This document shows, piece by piece, positions 52,762 through 64,000 of a DNA stretch of 64,000 nt. The number at the start of each line of letters is the position of its first letter. The first letter of the stretch is position 1. The notes below the pieces were generated by a model. That model had not been told where the DNA came from and did no database searches. It was given only the letters and a program-made list of their open reading frames with translations. This DNA is from Azolla caroliniana. Lineage: Eukaryota > Plantae > Polypodiophyta. The translations under genes were made by a program, and so were the position numbers. The DNA is taken from assembly GCA_043228905.1 (NCBI GenBank), contig JBHGNT010000018.1:16616001-16680000 (forward strand), written 5' to 3'.

Positions 52762-55241
52762 ATGGAGACATCAAAGTCACTGAGGCACCTACTCACCAAC
52801 GCTACCATCCGGAAGAAGCTTGACTTATCATCTCTTGGAGAGAAACGTTTCGACATCCCTCTTGTGGAAACCTTGCAGAAATATTTCAGGGCATATCCAG
52901 TGTCCGCCAAAGCATACAAGAAGAAGGAAATCCCCGACCCCTTCTTTCGAGAAATAGCCAAGTTCTTGCTGGAGGTAGGATGCATGCACATAAATGCCTA
53001 TGGGATTCCAAAGCAAAAGGCAGGCATCATCATTGATACCTTCGAAGGATGCACGATCGATTGGGGGGCAATTACAGTACCAACTTTACAGGAAGGCCTA
53101 CACGTGTATCAAGGCAGAAAAAAGCTAAGGCCAATCATACAACAGTATCTGACGATACTATTTCCACCCCAAGGTCTGCCTGCACCATAGCCTAGCAAAC
53201 CCACGTCGCCGCCACGTTTCGCGAAACGGCGGTTAGCAAAGTTGGCTACCACGGAATGGGAAGATGAACCACAATCTTCCCAACCCAGCACGCGAACAAC
53301 ACAGGGAGAATGGTCGGCAAGCAAGGAGGAAGCTCTGCATGAGCAAGAAGTCGAGCCACACTAGGAAAGCCCGAGGCCGAAACAGCGTAGGCTGGACAAG
53401 AAAGATGTGCGCAGACTGGTGAAAGACACAAGATGGACGCAGACTGGTCAAAGACACAACCACAGACACAGACACAACCGACTTAGTCGACGGTTCCGCA
53501 GCTACGGAGCCCAACAACACTTTCGAAATAATACGGGAACCACGGCCGATCATTACGGCCTAGTCGCAGCGTGGAAAAGGCGTACTCACGATGGAAAGCG
53601 AAGTCCTAAAGTACCTGGACATCCCGGATACAGCCCATGAGTTCGGTGCACTACTACAATTTGGAACAACTTACGAACTCATGGCATTTTTGGCAACACG
53701 GCAAATTAAGGTATCGCAGAGAATGGCGGAGGAGCACGCAGAACAACAGATGATTGAGCGTGCGCTCACACAAACATCAGAAAGTGAGGATGAAGGGCCT
53801 CTAGCTAAGGTAGGCAGGAAAAAGAATGCGGGGATTCAACGTATGGGCATTGAACTACCTCCATTGAATGCGGCCTTGGTCGAGGTACATCGGAAATTGG
53901 CTAGAGTTAGTGTGGGGGCCAAGGATATGGCTAGCAAGAATAAAAACGTGTGGAAAACTGTCAAGTTAACTCAAGCCCAACTACAGAAGGCCCAAGAGCG
54001 CATTACGGAGCTCGAACACAACGTCACTAGGGCACCGCAAAACCCTGACCCATCGATAACCCTACAAGAGGAGATTGCAACACAACAGGCCATCTCTGCT
54101 AAAGCAAAAAGGGTTACGCCGCTTGCGGAGACCGAGATTGACTGCCTCCGCTCCGAACTCCGCAAATCCTCCGATAGAGAAAAGGACATCCGGGCCAAAG
54201 GCCGAAGGACAGTGAAGGCACTGGAAGATAAACTCAAAGCAGAGGCATCAGCGCACACCCGCACTAAAGAAGAAAACACCAAGCTACGGGAGGAAGCCCA
54301 AAAGTCGGAAGCAACGATCTCAGGGCACCGGGCGTTGTTGGACAAGAAGAAAGTGTGGTACGACGAGCAGCTCGTACGAGAATAGGAGATGAGGCATTAG
54401 GTCGAAGTCTGTGTGAACAATGAAATGGGCTGGCTGGAGGAATTAGACATGAAAGAATCCCAGATATGGGTAGAGATGAAGAAATATTATGAGGAAGCAA
54501 TTGTGGGTAATAAGCCAAAAATCGAAAACCTCAAACAAACCCTGGAAGAAGTGCCAAACCGATAACGTATGCATACTTCTTCAAACAAATCGGGAGAGGT
54601 TTACGGCGCAATTAAAAATGGCACTAGACAAAGGCTGGATGGCGTGGGCAACACAAGCGGTGGAGTTGCATACCTACCGGACGGACTGGGAGAACCGTAG
54701 GAAAGAAGGTCAAGGTTTCTACAAACTCAATGAGGAAGGCATTGCGGCAGTATGCGAGGACCTAGCATAGGATTATTGCACGCTAGCGGACCAGCACTCC
54801 GAGGAACTCGCGCAGCTACTAGAAGATTTCGGCGAAAGTCAGGAGGATATGTTTCCCCAAATCATGGAGCCAAGTAGCACGCGGCAAAGAGCGGAGCCCA
54901 TCGCGATACCAGAAAGCGATACTGCCGAATAGGAGGAGCCTCAGCCCAATGCACCGGAGATGACAACTACGGTCGACAACACTAAGGACGATACGGACAG
55001 GATAAAGCCTCAACCTACCAAGCGCCCGCAGACGAAAGAGCCAGCCACAGTAGAACGGAATGAGCCAGCAGAGACGGGTCAGAACATGCAGGGAGAGGTT
55101 AACACCGTGGAAACCCCCACAACGACAGAGCAAGTACAAGACATGCAACCGAGCAACGACGTGCCTACGGCCACTACGCCGTCCCCGGACCAGTACGTAG
55201 GAGCGGAACAAAACATCCAGGGTATTTCGGAGGATCAATAG
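52762..55241 (+). pseudogene. Fragmented additional ORF downstream of integrase (unknown domain plus long coiled coil)
   Basis: Same-strand ORFs 52762-53190, 53591-54385, 54489-54770 and 54960-55241 between pol and the 3' LTR. Confidence 0.55.
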
Positions 55242-55738
55242 AGGGATGGGTCTGACGTGCCATGGCATTGTCCCATAAGCGTGCCAGGTGTTGTCTACCG
55301 GAATCGTAACCGACATGCAGAAGCGCAGAAATATTATAATTCCCTAAAAGTGTTAAGAAGCAAATGTAACGGTTCACGCAAGAAACGTGAACAGCTAAAT
55401 GCCCTATGTATATAAATGGCTGAAATCCTCTGTAAGAGGTAGCGTGTAATTTGGGAGTATAAGGCTTCTTTCTAATAGAATACTATCTTCTCTGATCTTT
55501 GTGCATATCCGTGGCTTTCTCTGTTGCGCACTGTTTAATCGTAACTGTGTAGGCATAAGTGCGGATACTAGTGCACTTCCTAAGGAGTTCGGTTGTAGCC
55601 GTCTCACTTATATGCTACTAGGATACGAGGGAGTATCCCATTACGATTTATGATACGACGGTTCTATTCTTTGTAACACGGTCACCTTGACGTCTACCTC
55701 GAAGGACTGAGCGTAGACAATGTTCCTAATCGGTAACA

Positions 55739-56173
55739 GTAGCTAAGTAGCTGTAACTGCAAATCTATGGTCTAGCAGCTAATTAGCTACAATGTAGCTA
55801 ATTAGCTAAGTAGTATTAAAAGTGGTAGCTAATTAGCTATTGCCAAAGTTAAGAAGAATGGTTAATTAGCTAAGATGTAGCTAATTAGCTAACATCAACC
55901 TATAGTCTAGCAGCTAATTAGCTAAGATGTAGCTAATTAGCTACTACCATAATTAAGTAGAATAGCTAATTAGCTATTGCTAGTATATAGTGTAGTAGCT
56001 AATTAACTACTACCATATTTAAGTAGAATAGCTAATTAGTTATTGCCCATCTATAGTGTAGCAGCTAATTAGCTAAGCAGTATCAAGAGTGGTAGTTAAT
56101 TAGCTATTGTAGCCTATAGTGTAGCAACTAATTAGCTACAATGTAGTTAATTAGCTAAGTGGTAGCTAATTAG
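55739..56173. repeat. Third large TAGCTAATTAGCTA palindrome array
   Basis: Same motif as at 1.7-2.6 kb and 6.6-7.8 kb; bounded by LTR ends on both sides. Confidence 0.92.
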
Positions 56174-56284
56174 TGTGTGGAAAATAGTACTAAAAATAGA
56201 GAGAGAATTAGTACTAGAGAAGGAAAGTACTATTAGGATTAGTACTAAGAGGAAGGGATTTTGTAAGACTCACGAGAGATAGAT

Positions 56285-59200
56285 AGATTATATTATCATC
56301 TTCGGAGGTCAAATATGACCTATGAGACCAAAAATATTACATTTCACGTGATACGTGTGAAAGTGAGTAGTGACTCTTGATGTTCAAGAACTTTGCCAAT
56401 GAATGTTGCAATCGAGAGTGCACATTGTGGTTGTGAGAGGAATTCATGCAAGGATTGGGTTCGGTTGAAGAGATGTGGAAAGCATGGTTGAATATGATCA
56501 AAGGCACAACATTGTATCAAAGTGTGATACTTAGATTCACGAACTTGTTTAGGGCAAAGTGTGCATAGCCGAGCACTCTCATCACTTGTGCCCCAACACC
56601 TTGTTTCACATCGCAATGCATGTGAGCTAAGTCGCATGGAAGCAATGGTTCGAATGACAGATAACGGTATGGGCTCTAACATGTATCGATGTGTATGATT
56701 TCCCCGTTCCGCAAAGAATATGGTTTTGTAGTTAAGTGCAACATGTGTAGTATAATGTGTGAAGCGTGACCCTCCACATTTGTCCCATGTCATGATACAT
56801 TGGCGTTGCAAAAAGGCCTCATTTACAGAGGAATCTAATGATGCATCATGAAGCAAGTGTCTTGCATCCCATCTACCAAACCATTTTTCTATATATTGCA
56901 TCCAATCGAAACACAAAATTTTGCTTTTATGCGTCTTTTGGATCTTTTTGCTTGCTTCCCACGCAATTCTAAGAAGTCGATGTGAGGGACTTTTTTGAAC
57001 CTTAAGCATGTATTCAACAACCCTTTCCATGGCCATGATCTCGATGGGAAGCGATCTCGTCTCAAGGAGGAGGAGGGTGTAGGGCGTTTGTTTCTTAACT
57101 TGTAGAAACTTTGTAAGAAATGTTTTTGGACATTTTCAAACTCTGTCCACATAGATTTAGGGATGCTACCGCCCCATACTTCCACCCCATAGAGAAGAAC
57201 CGGTGTCACCAAAGGGTCTAAAAGATATTTCTTGAGGACCCAACACTTAATATCTCCAAGATTGGATGTGTTCTCAAATGCATAGTATGCTCACTTATCC
57301 GCCTCTAAGCGGCGTGTAGCACATTCATTCCATCTATGATTTGAAGGAACTTCAAGGCCAAGATATTTGAAGCTTTCCACACATTCAAGTGGCTCATTGT
57401 TGTACATAATGCATGGTTTATCTCTTTTTTGGCTCTTCACAAGCATAATCTTTGTTTTAGAGCTATTGACACTTAATTTAGTATGCATGCAAAAAATTTC
57501 CAATGCCTTCATGAGCTTTTGTGCATCTCCTAAAGTATTTGCAAAAAACACTACATCATCTGCATATAGCAAAAGCATAATCACAACATTCCCAATGACA
57601 ACTTCTTCAACACATTCTTCCTTTGCAAACTTGGTAACCATTTCTTCCAATTCATCAATGCATAGACCAAATAGTGTTGGTGAGAGTGGGCATCCTTGCT
57701 TAACACCAATAGTGCTTTTGAAAAAATCTGAAAGTTTATCTCTCATGTGCACACAACATATAACCTTCTCATAAATTCGGGAAATTGCAAGCATATATTC
57801 ACTTGGCACCTCAAGTTCTTCCATTCGCCTCCAAAGATGCTCACGAGGTACCATATCGAAAGCTTTCTTGAAGTCTACAAAGCAACAATATAAACCTTTA
57901 CCTCTAAGACAACTTTCCTCCATTAATACTCGAAGGGTGATAAGGTGATCAATGGTGTTATGGTGTTTCCGAAAGCCAACTTGTTAATAAGCTCTCTTAC
58001 CATTTTTTTTAGCCCATACACTTATCTTTGATTCCATTATACATCCAAATATTTTTGCCATTAATGAGCCAACCATGATGATTCGATAGTTGTTTACATT
58101 ATTTATATCTCCACCTTTGTGTAAAGGTTTGATCCAATTTGTAGTCCAATCGTATGGCATACCATGTTGCAATGCATCATTAAACATATCGCTTATCCAT
58201 ATGTGTGCTTCCTTTCCCGTCCATTTGAGCATTTCAGCCTTTATACATTGAAGATCGCTTGCCTTTCGAGAGGCCAATTTCTTAAGTCCTATGCATATAT
58301 CTTCAATTGTAAAGAAGGGAGGCATATGTGAAAGAGAACCATAACACATCATCTTTCCGGCAAGAGATAACTCATATAAATTCTTACAATGCATAGACAA
58401 GTCATGAAGAGTTAAGTCACCATAACTCTCAACACGTTTCCCCTTCAGATTTCCCCAAAATTTAGCACATGCATGTGCTTTCTCTTGTGTTTGGATAAAT
58501 TGTTGAGTAACTTCCCATATTCTTGTCTTTCTTTGAATAAGCCTTTTATACTCATGCAAATTCTTTTGGTAATTCGAGTAGTGTGATATTCGAGTCATCA
58601 GTGAACTCCTCTATGCCAAATCCCGCATTCCATGGGTATCCATTGCAATTCCAAAAGCATAGTCATAAAAGGCGTGGGTTAGTCTCATAGATCATGTGTC
58701 CCTATTTGCCTACATTTCCATCTTTAGGCAAATCCTCAACCTTATTTTTCAATCTTTCTTCATATGCTTTACGGCGAGCATTTTGTTGTGAGATAGTACG
58801 ATCTTCACTCACAAAGCATTGCGTACCTTTGAGGCCTATTGTATGCACAATGACAGATGCCCAACTATTTTCAAGTATGATCCGCCGCTTTGTATCATCT
58901 GTCATTGTGCATACAATAGGCCTTTCTCCGGAGCAAGTAACACCATGTTTCCCAACTCGGTGTGCCCCATATTCATTCACATCCGACATCCCATAATGCA
59001 TGCTAAAAAATTCACAAATGGCCTTTCCAAGGGAAGCGGGTGTTTCCATACTCTCCTCTTTAATCCCACGGATAACAATGTTCTTTGATCCTTGTTCACG
59101 CTCTTTCAATTCTTGAGCATCTATGCTTTCTATATTCTTCTCTTGATGCATCATATGCATATTAGATGAGTTTGATACCCCATCCCCACCACATACATCG

Positions 59201-59858
59201 GCCCATGATTTCGTTGTACATACATTTTTCATCGCACTTACATCCTGCCTCATCGTGTCTAATTTTTCTTCTTTTAATGCTTCCTTTAACTCAATCTTAT
59301 TAAGGCACTCATTTGTTTCGAAAGAAGCTCTTTTACATTCTTGAATCTCTTCTTTAAGTTTTGCAACCACATTCTTAAGAATTTCATTCTCAATGGCAAT
59401 AGTTTGGAGCTTAGCATTCTCTTTCATTAACATCCTAATCTCTTCACCTTGCTTGTTTATGGTTTCTTGAAGAGAAATCAAGTGACTCATAAGCATTTTG
59501 TCCATTGCATTGGAATCGAGATTTGTTGGTGATCTCTACTCATTATCAATCATACCCCCGAACTTTACGGCGGCTTTACGAGTATTTGCCAGTGTAGAGA
59601 CAAACCCTACGAGAAGAGAGAGACAAAGAGGGAATGAGAGAGAATGTACCTTTCACTCAATTTAGGGCTTCAAACTCTACCTTGCGTTTGAGGAACCGTG
59701 GGGCAAATATGGTTGCGGATGAAAATGCTCATAACTTCTCGCCACGGTAACGGAATTCAGTAAATGAACATTCTTTAGAAAGCTCTCTAAAAGACCTTTC
59801 CAACGATCTATAGAACGTAGAAAACGATTGACGGAATGAACTTACAGAGAGCTTTGAC
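56285..59858 (-). mobile_element. Non-LTR retrotransposon (RTE/RTEX-like LINE) inserted in the (GA)n tract of an LTR; endonuclease region apparently deleted
   Basis: ORF1 58702-59505 (KNIVIRGIKE..AHRVGK..RPIV); ORF2 pieces with FVDFKKAFD, GVKQGCPLSPTLF, YADD, PVLLYGVEVWG and RLCTLC..H..C; 3' end in (TCTA)n. Confidence 0.85.
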
Positions 59859-62320
59859 AGAGAGAGAGAGAGAGAGAGAAAATGATGACTTCCATTCGTC
59901 TCTCAGTCGAATCCATGGGAGGTTATATGCTCCTCGTAAGTCGATTTTTGTGAAAAACTTGGCGCCATTAATCCTTCCTAACAGACACGAGATCAAGGGA
60001 AAGCCTAGGCATACCTATTCCTGATGTTGACCTTATTCAAGCCAGGGTAATCCACGACTAGAAGAAATGAGCCATCTTTTTTCTTGATGAAGGCAATGGG
60101 TGCACCGGCTGGAGATTTCGAATGTTGAATGAAATCGTTTGCCAAATTTTCCTCTATGTTAGCTCGAAGAACTTCACGCTCTGTTCGTGACAAGTTGTAG
60201 ATTGGTCCTCACAATGGCTCTTTTCCTAGTTGTGAATCAATGAGACAATCATATAGTCGATGATGAGGAAGAGTACTAGCTTTTACCTTATCAAAAACGT
60301 CGACGTAATGATGATACTTTTTTGGAAGTTCAATTGTTGATTCCTCCTTAGCTGTGTTGGAAGGTTTCACTGATACTGTGAACACAAATATTGATTTCAT
60401 GCATCCTTCCTCACGCAATTGATTTAGCGAAATGGTTGAAACCTTATATGTAGATTCTTGGGGTTGTCAATACCTGATTTCTCTTGTTCTCCAATCTATG
60501 TCCAAATTGTGTAATCTGAACCATGGTAACCCCAAAACAAGGGGATGTTCTGGACTACTAATTATATTAAACAATACTACACACGCCAAATTATCTAGGA
60601 CAATACTAATTGGCTCTAACTCTTCTATGATATTTCTAGAAGCAATGGGATGACCATCAATGACTACTACAAATGCTGGGCAGGGAAGTTTTCTTAGGGA
60701 TATCTGATGAGCTTGCACAAAATTCCTATCCCTAAAGCAAGAGGTAGCTCTGGAATCTAAGAGTGCTAAGATATGTACTGGAGGGGTACTTTTAGTACTA
60801 ACTGTTACTTGAGCTAAGAACACATTGCTAACTTGCTTAGAGGGAATGGAACCAAATGGCTTCTATTTTGGCTGGACTTAGTCGTTTAACTCTTCTTCTA
60901 ATTTACTAAGGACATCAAATTTGTTCGATAGAATTGGGTTATTAGTACTATTAGGACTATTAGATATTCCTATTGAAATAGACTCGGGTTTAGTACAATT
61001 AGTACTAGTGACTATTTGGTTTACTTGTCTTCTTGGCCTATGGGGATAGTTCACTACAATATGCCCCGGTTCACCACAATAAAGACAGAGTCGATTTACT
61101 CGGCCCGGACTAAGGTGTATGTGGGCTCTGATCTTGTCCTTGGCATCTGGAATTGACATTCTGAGCGTCGTTTGAAAAGGTGGTTATCGCATCGTACCGC
61201 GTGACTGACTGGTTCTGTCAATGACTTTGGCTCTTATGGGAAAGTCAAGGGTAAATCCTTGACATCATTACGTAGGCCATAATGAAATTGCTCCATTAAT
61301 GTGTGGTCATCCCAAGGAATATCGGTGGCAAGAAGACGGAAATTCGCAGCATAAGCCGAGGCTGGCCGATCACCTTGGCACAATCTTCGGATTTTGTTGA
61401 TTGTCATGCTAACATTGTCGGTATCTCCAAAAAAGGCTTTAAACTTGCTAATAAACTCTTCAAAATTATTTAACAAGGGAGAGTTTTTCTCTAACAGGGG
61501 GGCGAACCATGCCAAAGTCATGCCACTAAGTAGCGTGCCTACTAGTCGCACTCGTGATGCATCGGTGGGATATCGAGAAGGATGCATTTGAATCACTAAA
61601 CATACCTGATTAAGAAAACCTCTAAACTGTGATGGGGTCCCATCAAATTTCATAGGAAGACCGATCTTGGGTTCTTTGTGAGTCCCTTGAGCGCTTGATG
61701 CTTGTTGTTGTAATGCTACAATAGTTGCTTCAAGTTGTTGAACACGTAACATTAGCTCCCTGTGTTGTTGTTTTTTGAGAGCTATTTGTTGAAGATCCTC
61801 AGACGGATGGTGATTTTCTTTTTCTAGTGGTACAAACTTCTCTTTTAAGCATTGGAGCTCTGAGAAAACAGATTGGTATTCTCGAGTACTAACATTTGCC
61901 ATTTACGAGGGAGGATAAGAGGATTAGTATGAAAGGAAGGAGGGATAAGAGGATCATAAGTTCAGTTAAAATTGTCAAGAATAGTACTAAAAATAGAGAG
62001 AGAATTAGTACTAGAGAAGGAAAGTACTATTAGTATTAGTATTAAGAGGAAGGTAGTGTGTAGGACGAGAGAGAGAGAGAGAGAGAGAGAATGATGATAA
62101 CATGTGATATAATATATGAAGAGTAAAGGACAAGAATAGCTAGGAGGCTTAAGACTGGCGTTGAACCAAATTGGTTCAAAATAATTCTTTGTGCTTCTTT
62201 TTATAGTGCTATCAAGAGTACTCCTGAAGTTTCTAGAAAGTTCCAGAGAAATCTAGAATATACATAAAATTCCTATAGTGAATTAATAAATGAAAACAAT
62301 ATTTTTTGTATTACAATGGA

Positions 62321-62378
62321 TAGCTTAATGGTAAGGCTTCAACCCATGTGACACAAGGTCATGGGTTCAAATCCTTTT
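62321..62378 (+). promoter_or_regulatory. Best-preserved tRNA-like A/B-box module in an LTR
   Basis: TAGCTTAATGGTAAGGC (D-arm GCTT/AGGC pairs), consensus B box GGTTCAAATCC, immediately followed by TTTT. Confidence 0.65.
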
Positions 62379-62699
62379 AATGTCATACCATGCTAACCAT
62401 TCTATATATGACATTTAGCCTGTTTAATGCAGGGGTCTTCAGTGTTGGCCTAAGAGTATTGATCCGGAGGAGAAGTGTGGAGGGGGAAGAGTTGGATTGG
62501 ATTAATAATGTAGATATTAGTTAGTAATATTACAGGAACGGACGGATCCGAATAGTTGTACTGATCCGGATACGCCCCAATTAGTAGTCGGTAGCCGGTA
62601 AGGCACCGTTTTGTAATTTGTACCGGATGCCTATAAAAGGATCTAGATCGATGTATAAATTTGACGGAAGTAATACAAGTTAAGTGTGCTATTTTCTTT

Positions 62700-63769
62700 A
62701 TTTGAGGGTTACTTGACTCACCTTCCACCTCTTTGTCGTTATGGGTTGCTCGAGTTCTCTTGATTGGAACAACATCACAATCATCGTCAGTATCATACAT
62801 AAAATCAAGAAGATTTACATTGGGAGGTATTGTTGGAACTTGAGCCATTGGAAACGATCCTCAATCACTAGAAACTTGATTATTGTTATCTGCATGGTTG
62901 TTAAGGGAATTTGAACCTCCGTGAACTTGATAGATACCTCATTCTAAACCTCCTGGTCGTCTCGAAGGACAGTGTGTAGCAATATCACCTTCAATACCAC
63001 AAGAATAACAAACCGGGACTCGTTTTTCTTGTGGCACCTCTCGAACTTGGTTGGTGTTGAAACTTGCTTGTATTTGGCAGAACTGATTCGTTAGCTCATC
63101 AAGGCCTCGATTTAGTTGCTCGGAGAAACTTCCATAAGTTCTTGGATGATCTACATCTTGCATCATTGGTACACTAGCTTGGTTAGTTATATTAGAATTA
63201 AAAATGTTTGGAAAAATATGTCCTCCATGTACAATAGAGGATGGATGTGGAGCGTTTAGAATCGGCACCACATTCGCACTAGCTGTCGCCATCATTGTGT
63301 CGACTCCCATCCGCATCACTTTTAGTTTTCTAGCGTAAATTTGACATACTTGTAGAAGATTTTGAAAATTGGTTGGGTCCTTCAAATTCGCCTCCATTGC
63401 AAAGTAAGGATTGAAGCCCGCCTTAAAGCGATCCATCTTGAACCACTCATCCTCTACGCCTCCTCGTGGACGGATCCATCTTGACCAGGGCTCTTTGAAT
63501 ACCCTCTCGTACTCAGAATAATCCATCATTGTTGACATACGCAACGCAAAGAGTTCCTCTCGCACGTCTATCACATTATGACGTCGGATGAACCTGCTTC
63601 GAAATTGTTGAACCATCAATTGGTAGTTGGTTTGTTGATTGGGAGGTAGTGACTCATACCACTCTTGGGATCTTGAGTAGAAAGTTTCCACCAACAAGGG
63701 AAGTTTCTCTACCTCATTCATCATCCCAATCGAAACCGCATGATGCTCGAAGGATGCCAAAAAAGCTTC
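62700..63769 (-). pseudogene. gag: Gypsy gag fragment of another family
   Basis: ORF 62939-63760 with a retrotransposon gag region (SQEWYESL..QQFRSRF) and knuckle CYSCGIEGDIATHC. Confidence 0.75.
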
Positions 63770-64000
63770 TGTTAGGAATAATACTAAAGCAAAGCTGGAA
63801 TTAATACTAAAGAAGAGCAGTACTATTAGTACTAAGAGGACGGGACTGCGTAAGACTCTTGAGAGAGAGAGAAAGAGAGAAGAGAAAAGAGAGATAGCGA
63901 GGATGAGAGAGAGAGAGAGATGAAGATGATAACAACCAATATATTATGTGAAGGATAAGTACAAAATGGTTAAGAGGCTTAAGACTGGTGTTGAACCAAT
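63770..64000 (-). repeat. A-family LTR, truncated by the window end
   Basis: TGTTAGGAATAATACTAAA..AGTACTAAGAGGACGGGACTGCG..GTTGAACCAAT, matching 10781 onward. Confidence 0.9.

Larger units (their letters stand above)
43030..55738 (+). mobile_element. Degenerate non-chromoviral (Tat-like) Gypsy with an extra 3' coding region, carrying three nested insertions; 5' LTR missing
   Basis: gag, PR (IIDGGSNVN), RT (WLSPIV..CIDYRKLN), RNase H and IN ([31 protein letters not shown]); probable 3' LTR about 55292-55738 ending GGTAACA. Confidence 0.8.
56176..62390 (-). mobile_element. A-family-related chromovirus relic(s): partial LTR at 56176, LINE insert, deletion into RT, PR and gag (59890-61902), 5' LTR 61973-62390
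   Basis: LTR starts AATAGTACTAAAAATAGAGAGAGAATTAGTACT; gag 61234-61902 is homologous to A gag. TSD not matched, so the two ends may belong to different copies. Confidence 0.75.

Overview
Eukaryotic, gene-poor, repeat-saturated DNA, most likely from a non-seed land plant (inferred from the retroelement types); I see no ordinary host gene. Bases 1-10.3 kb look like part of a large DNA transposon. It has 83-bp tandem repeats, a spliced Sola2-like DDD transposase gene (+), and a convergent multi-exon accessory gene (-) encoding a RING finger and a degenerate FCP1/SCP-like HAD phosphatase domain. The large introns of both genes are filled with the palindrome TAGCTAATTAGCTA. From 10.3 kb to 64 kb is a nest of Ty3/Gypsy elements (chromoviral and Tat-like), Ty1/Copia elements, solo LTRs and LINEs; many can be delimited exactly by LTR ends and target-site duplications (TSDs). 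Most notable: (i) the two-gene DNA transposon with motif arrays, reminiscent of VANDAL/VANC anti-silencing systems; (ii) tRNA-like Pol III A-box/B-box modules, antisense, at the U3 end of LTRs from several unrelated families; (iii) a Tf1-like self-priming chromovirus; (iv) a young tRNA-Trp-primed, gag-only LTR element and a related solo LTR, both with 4-bp TSDs. All family assignments come from motif recognition by eye, not database searches.
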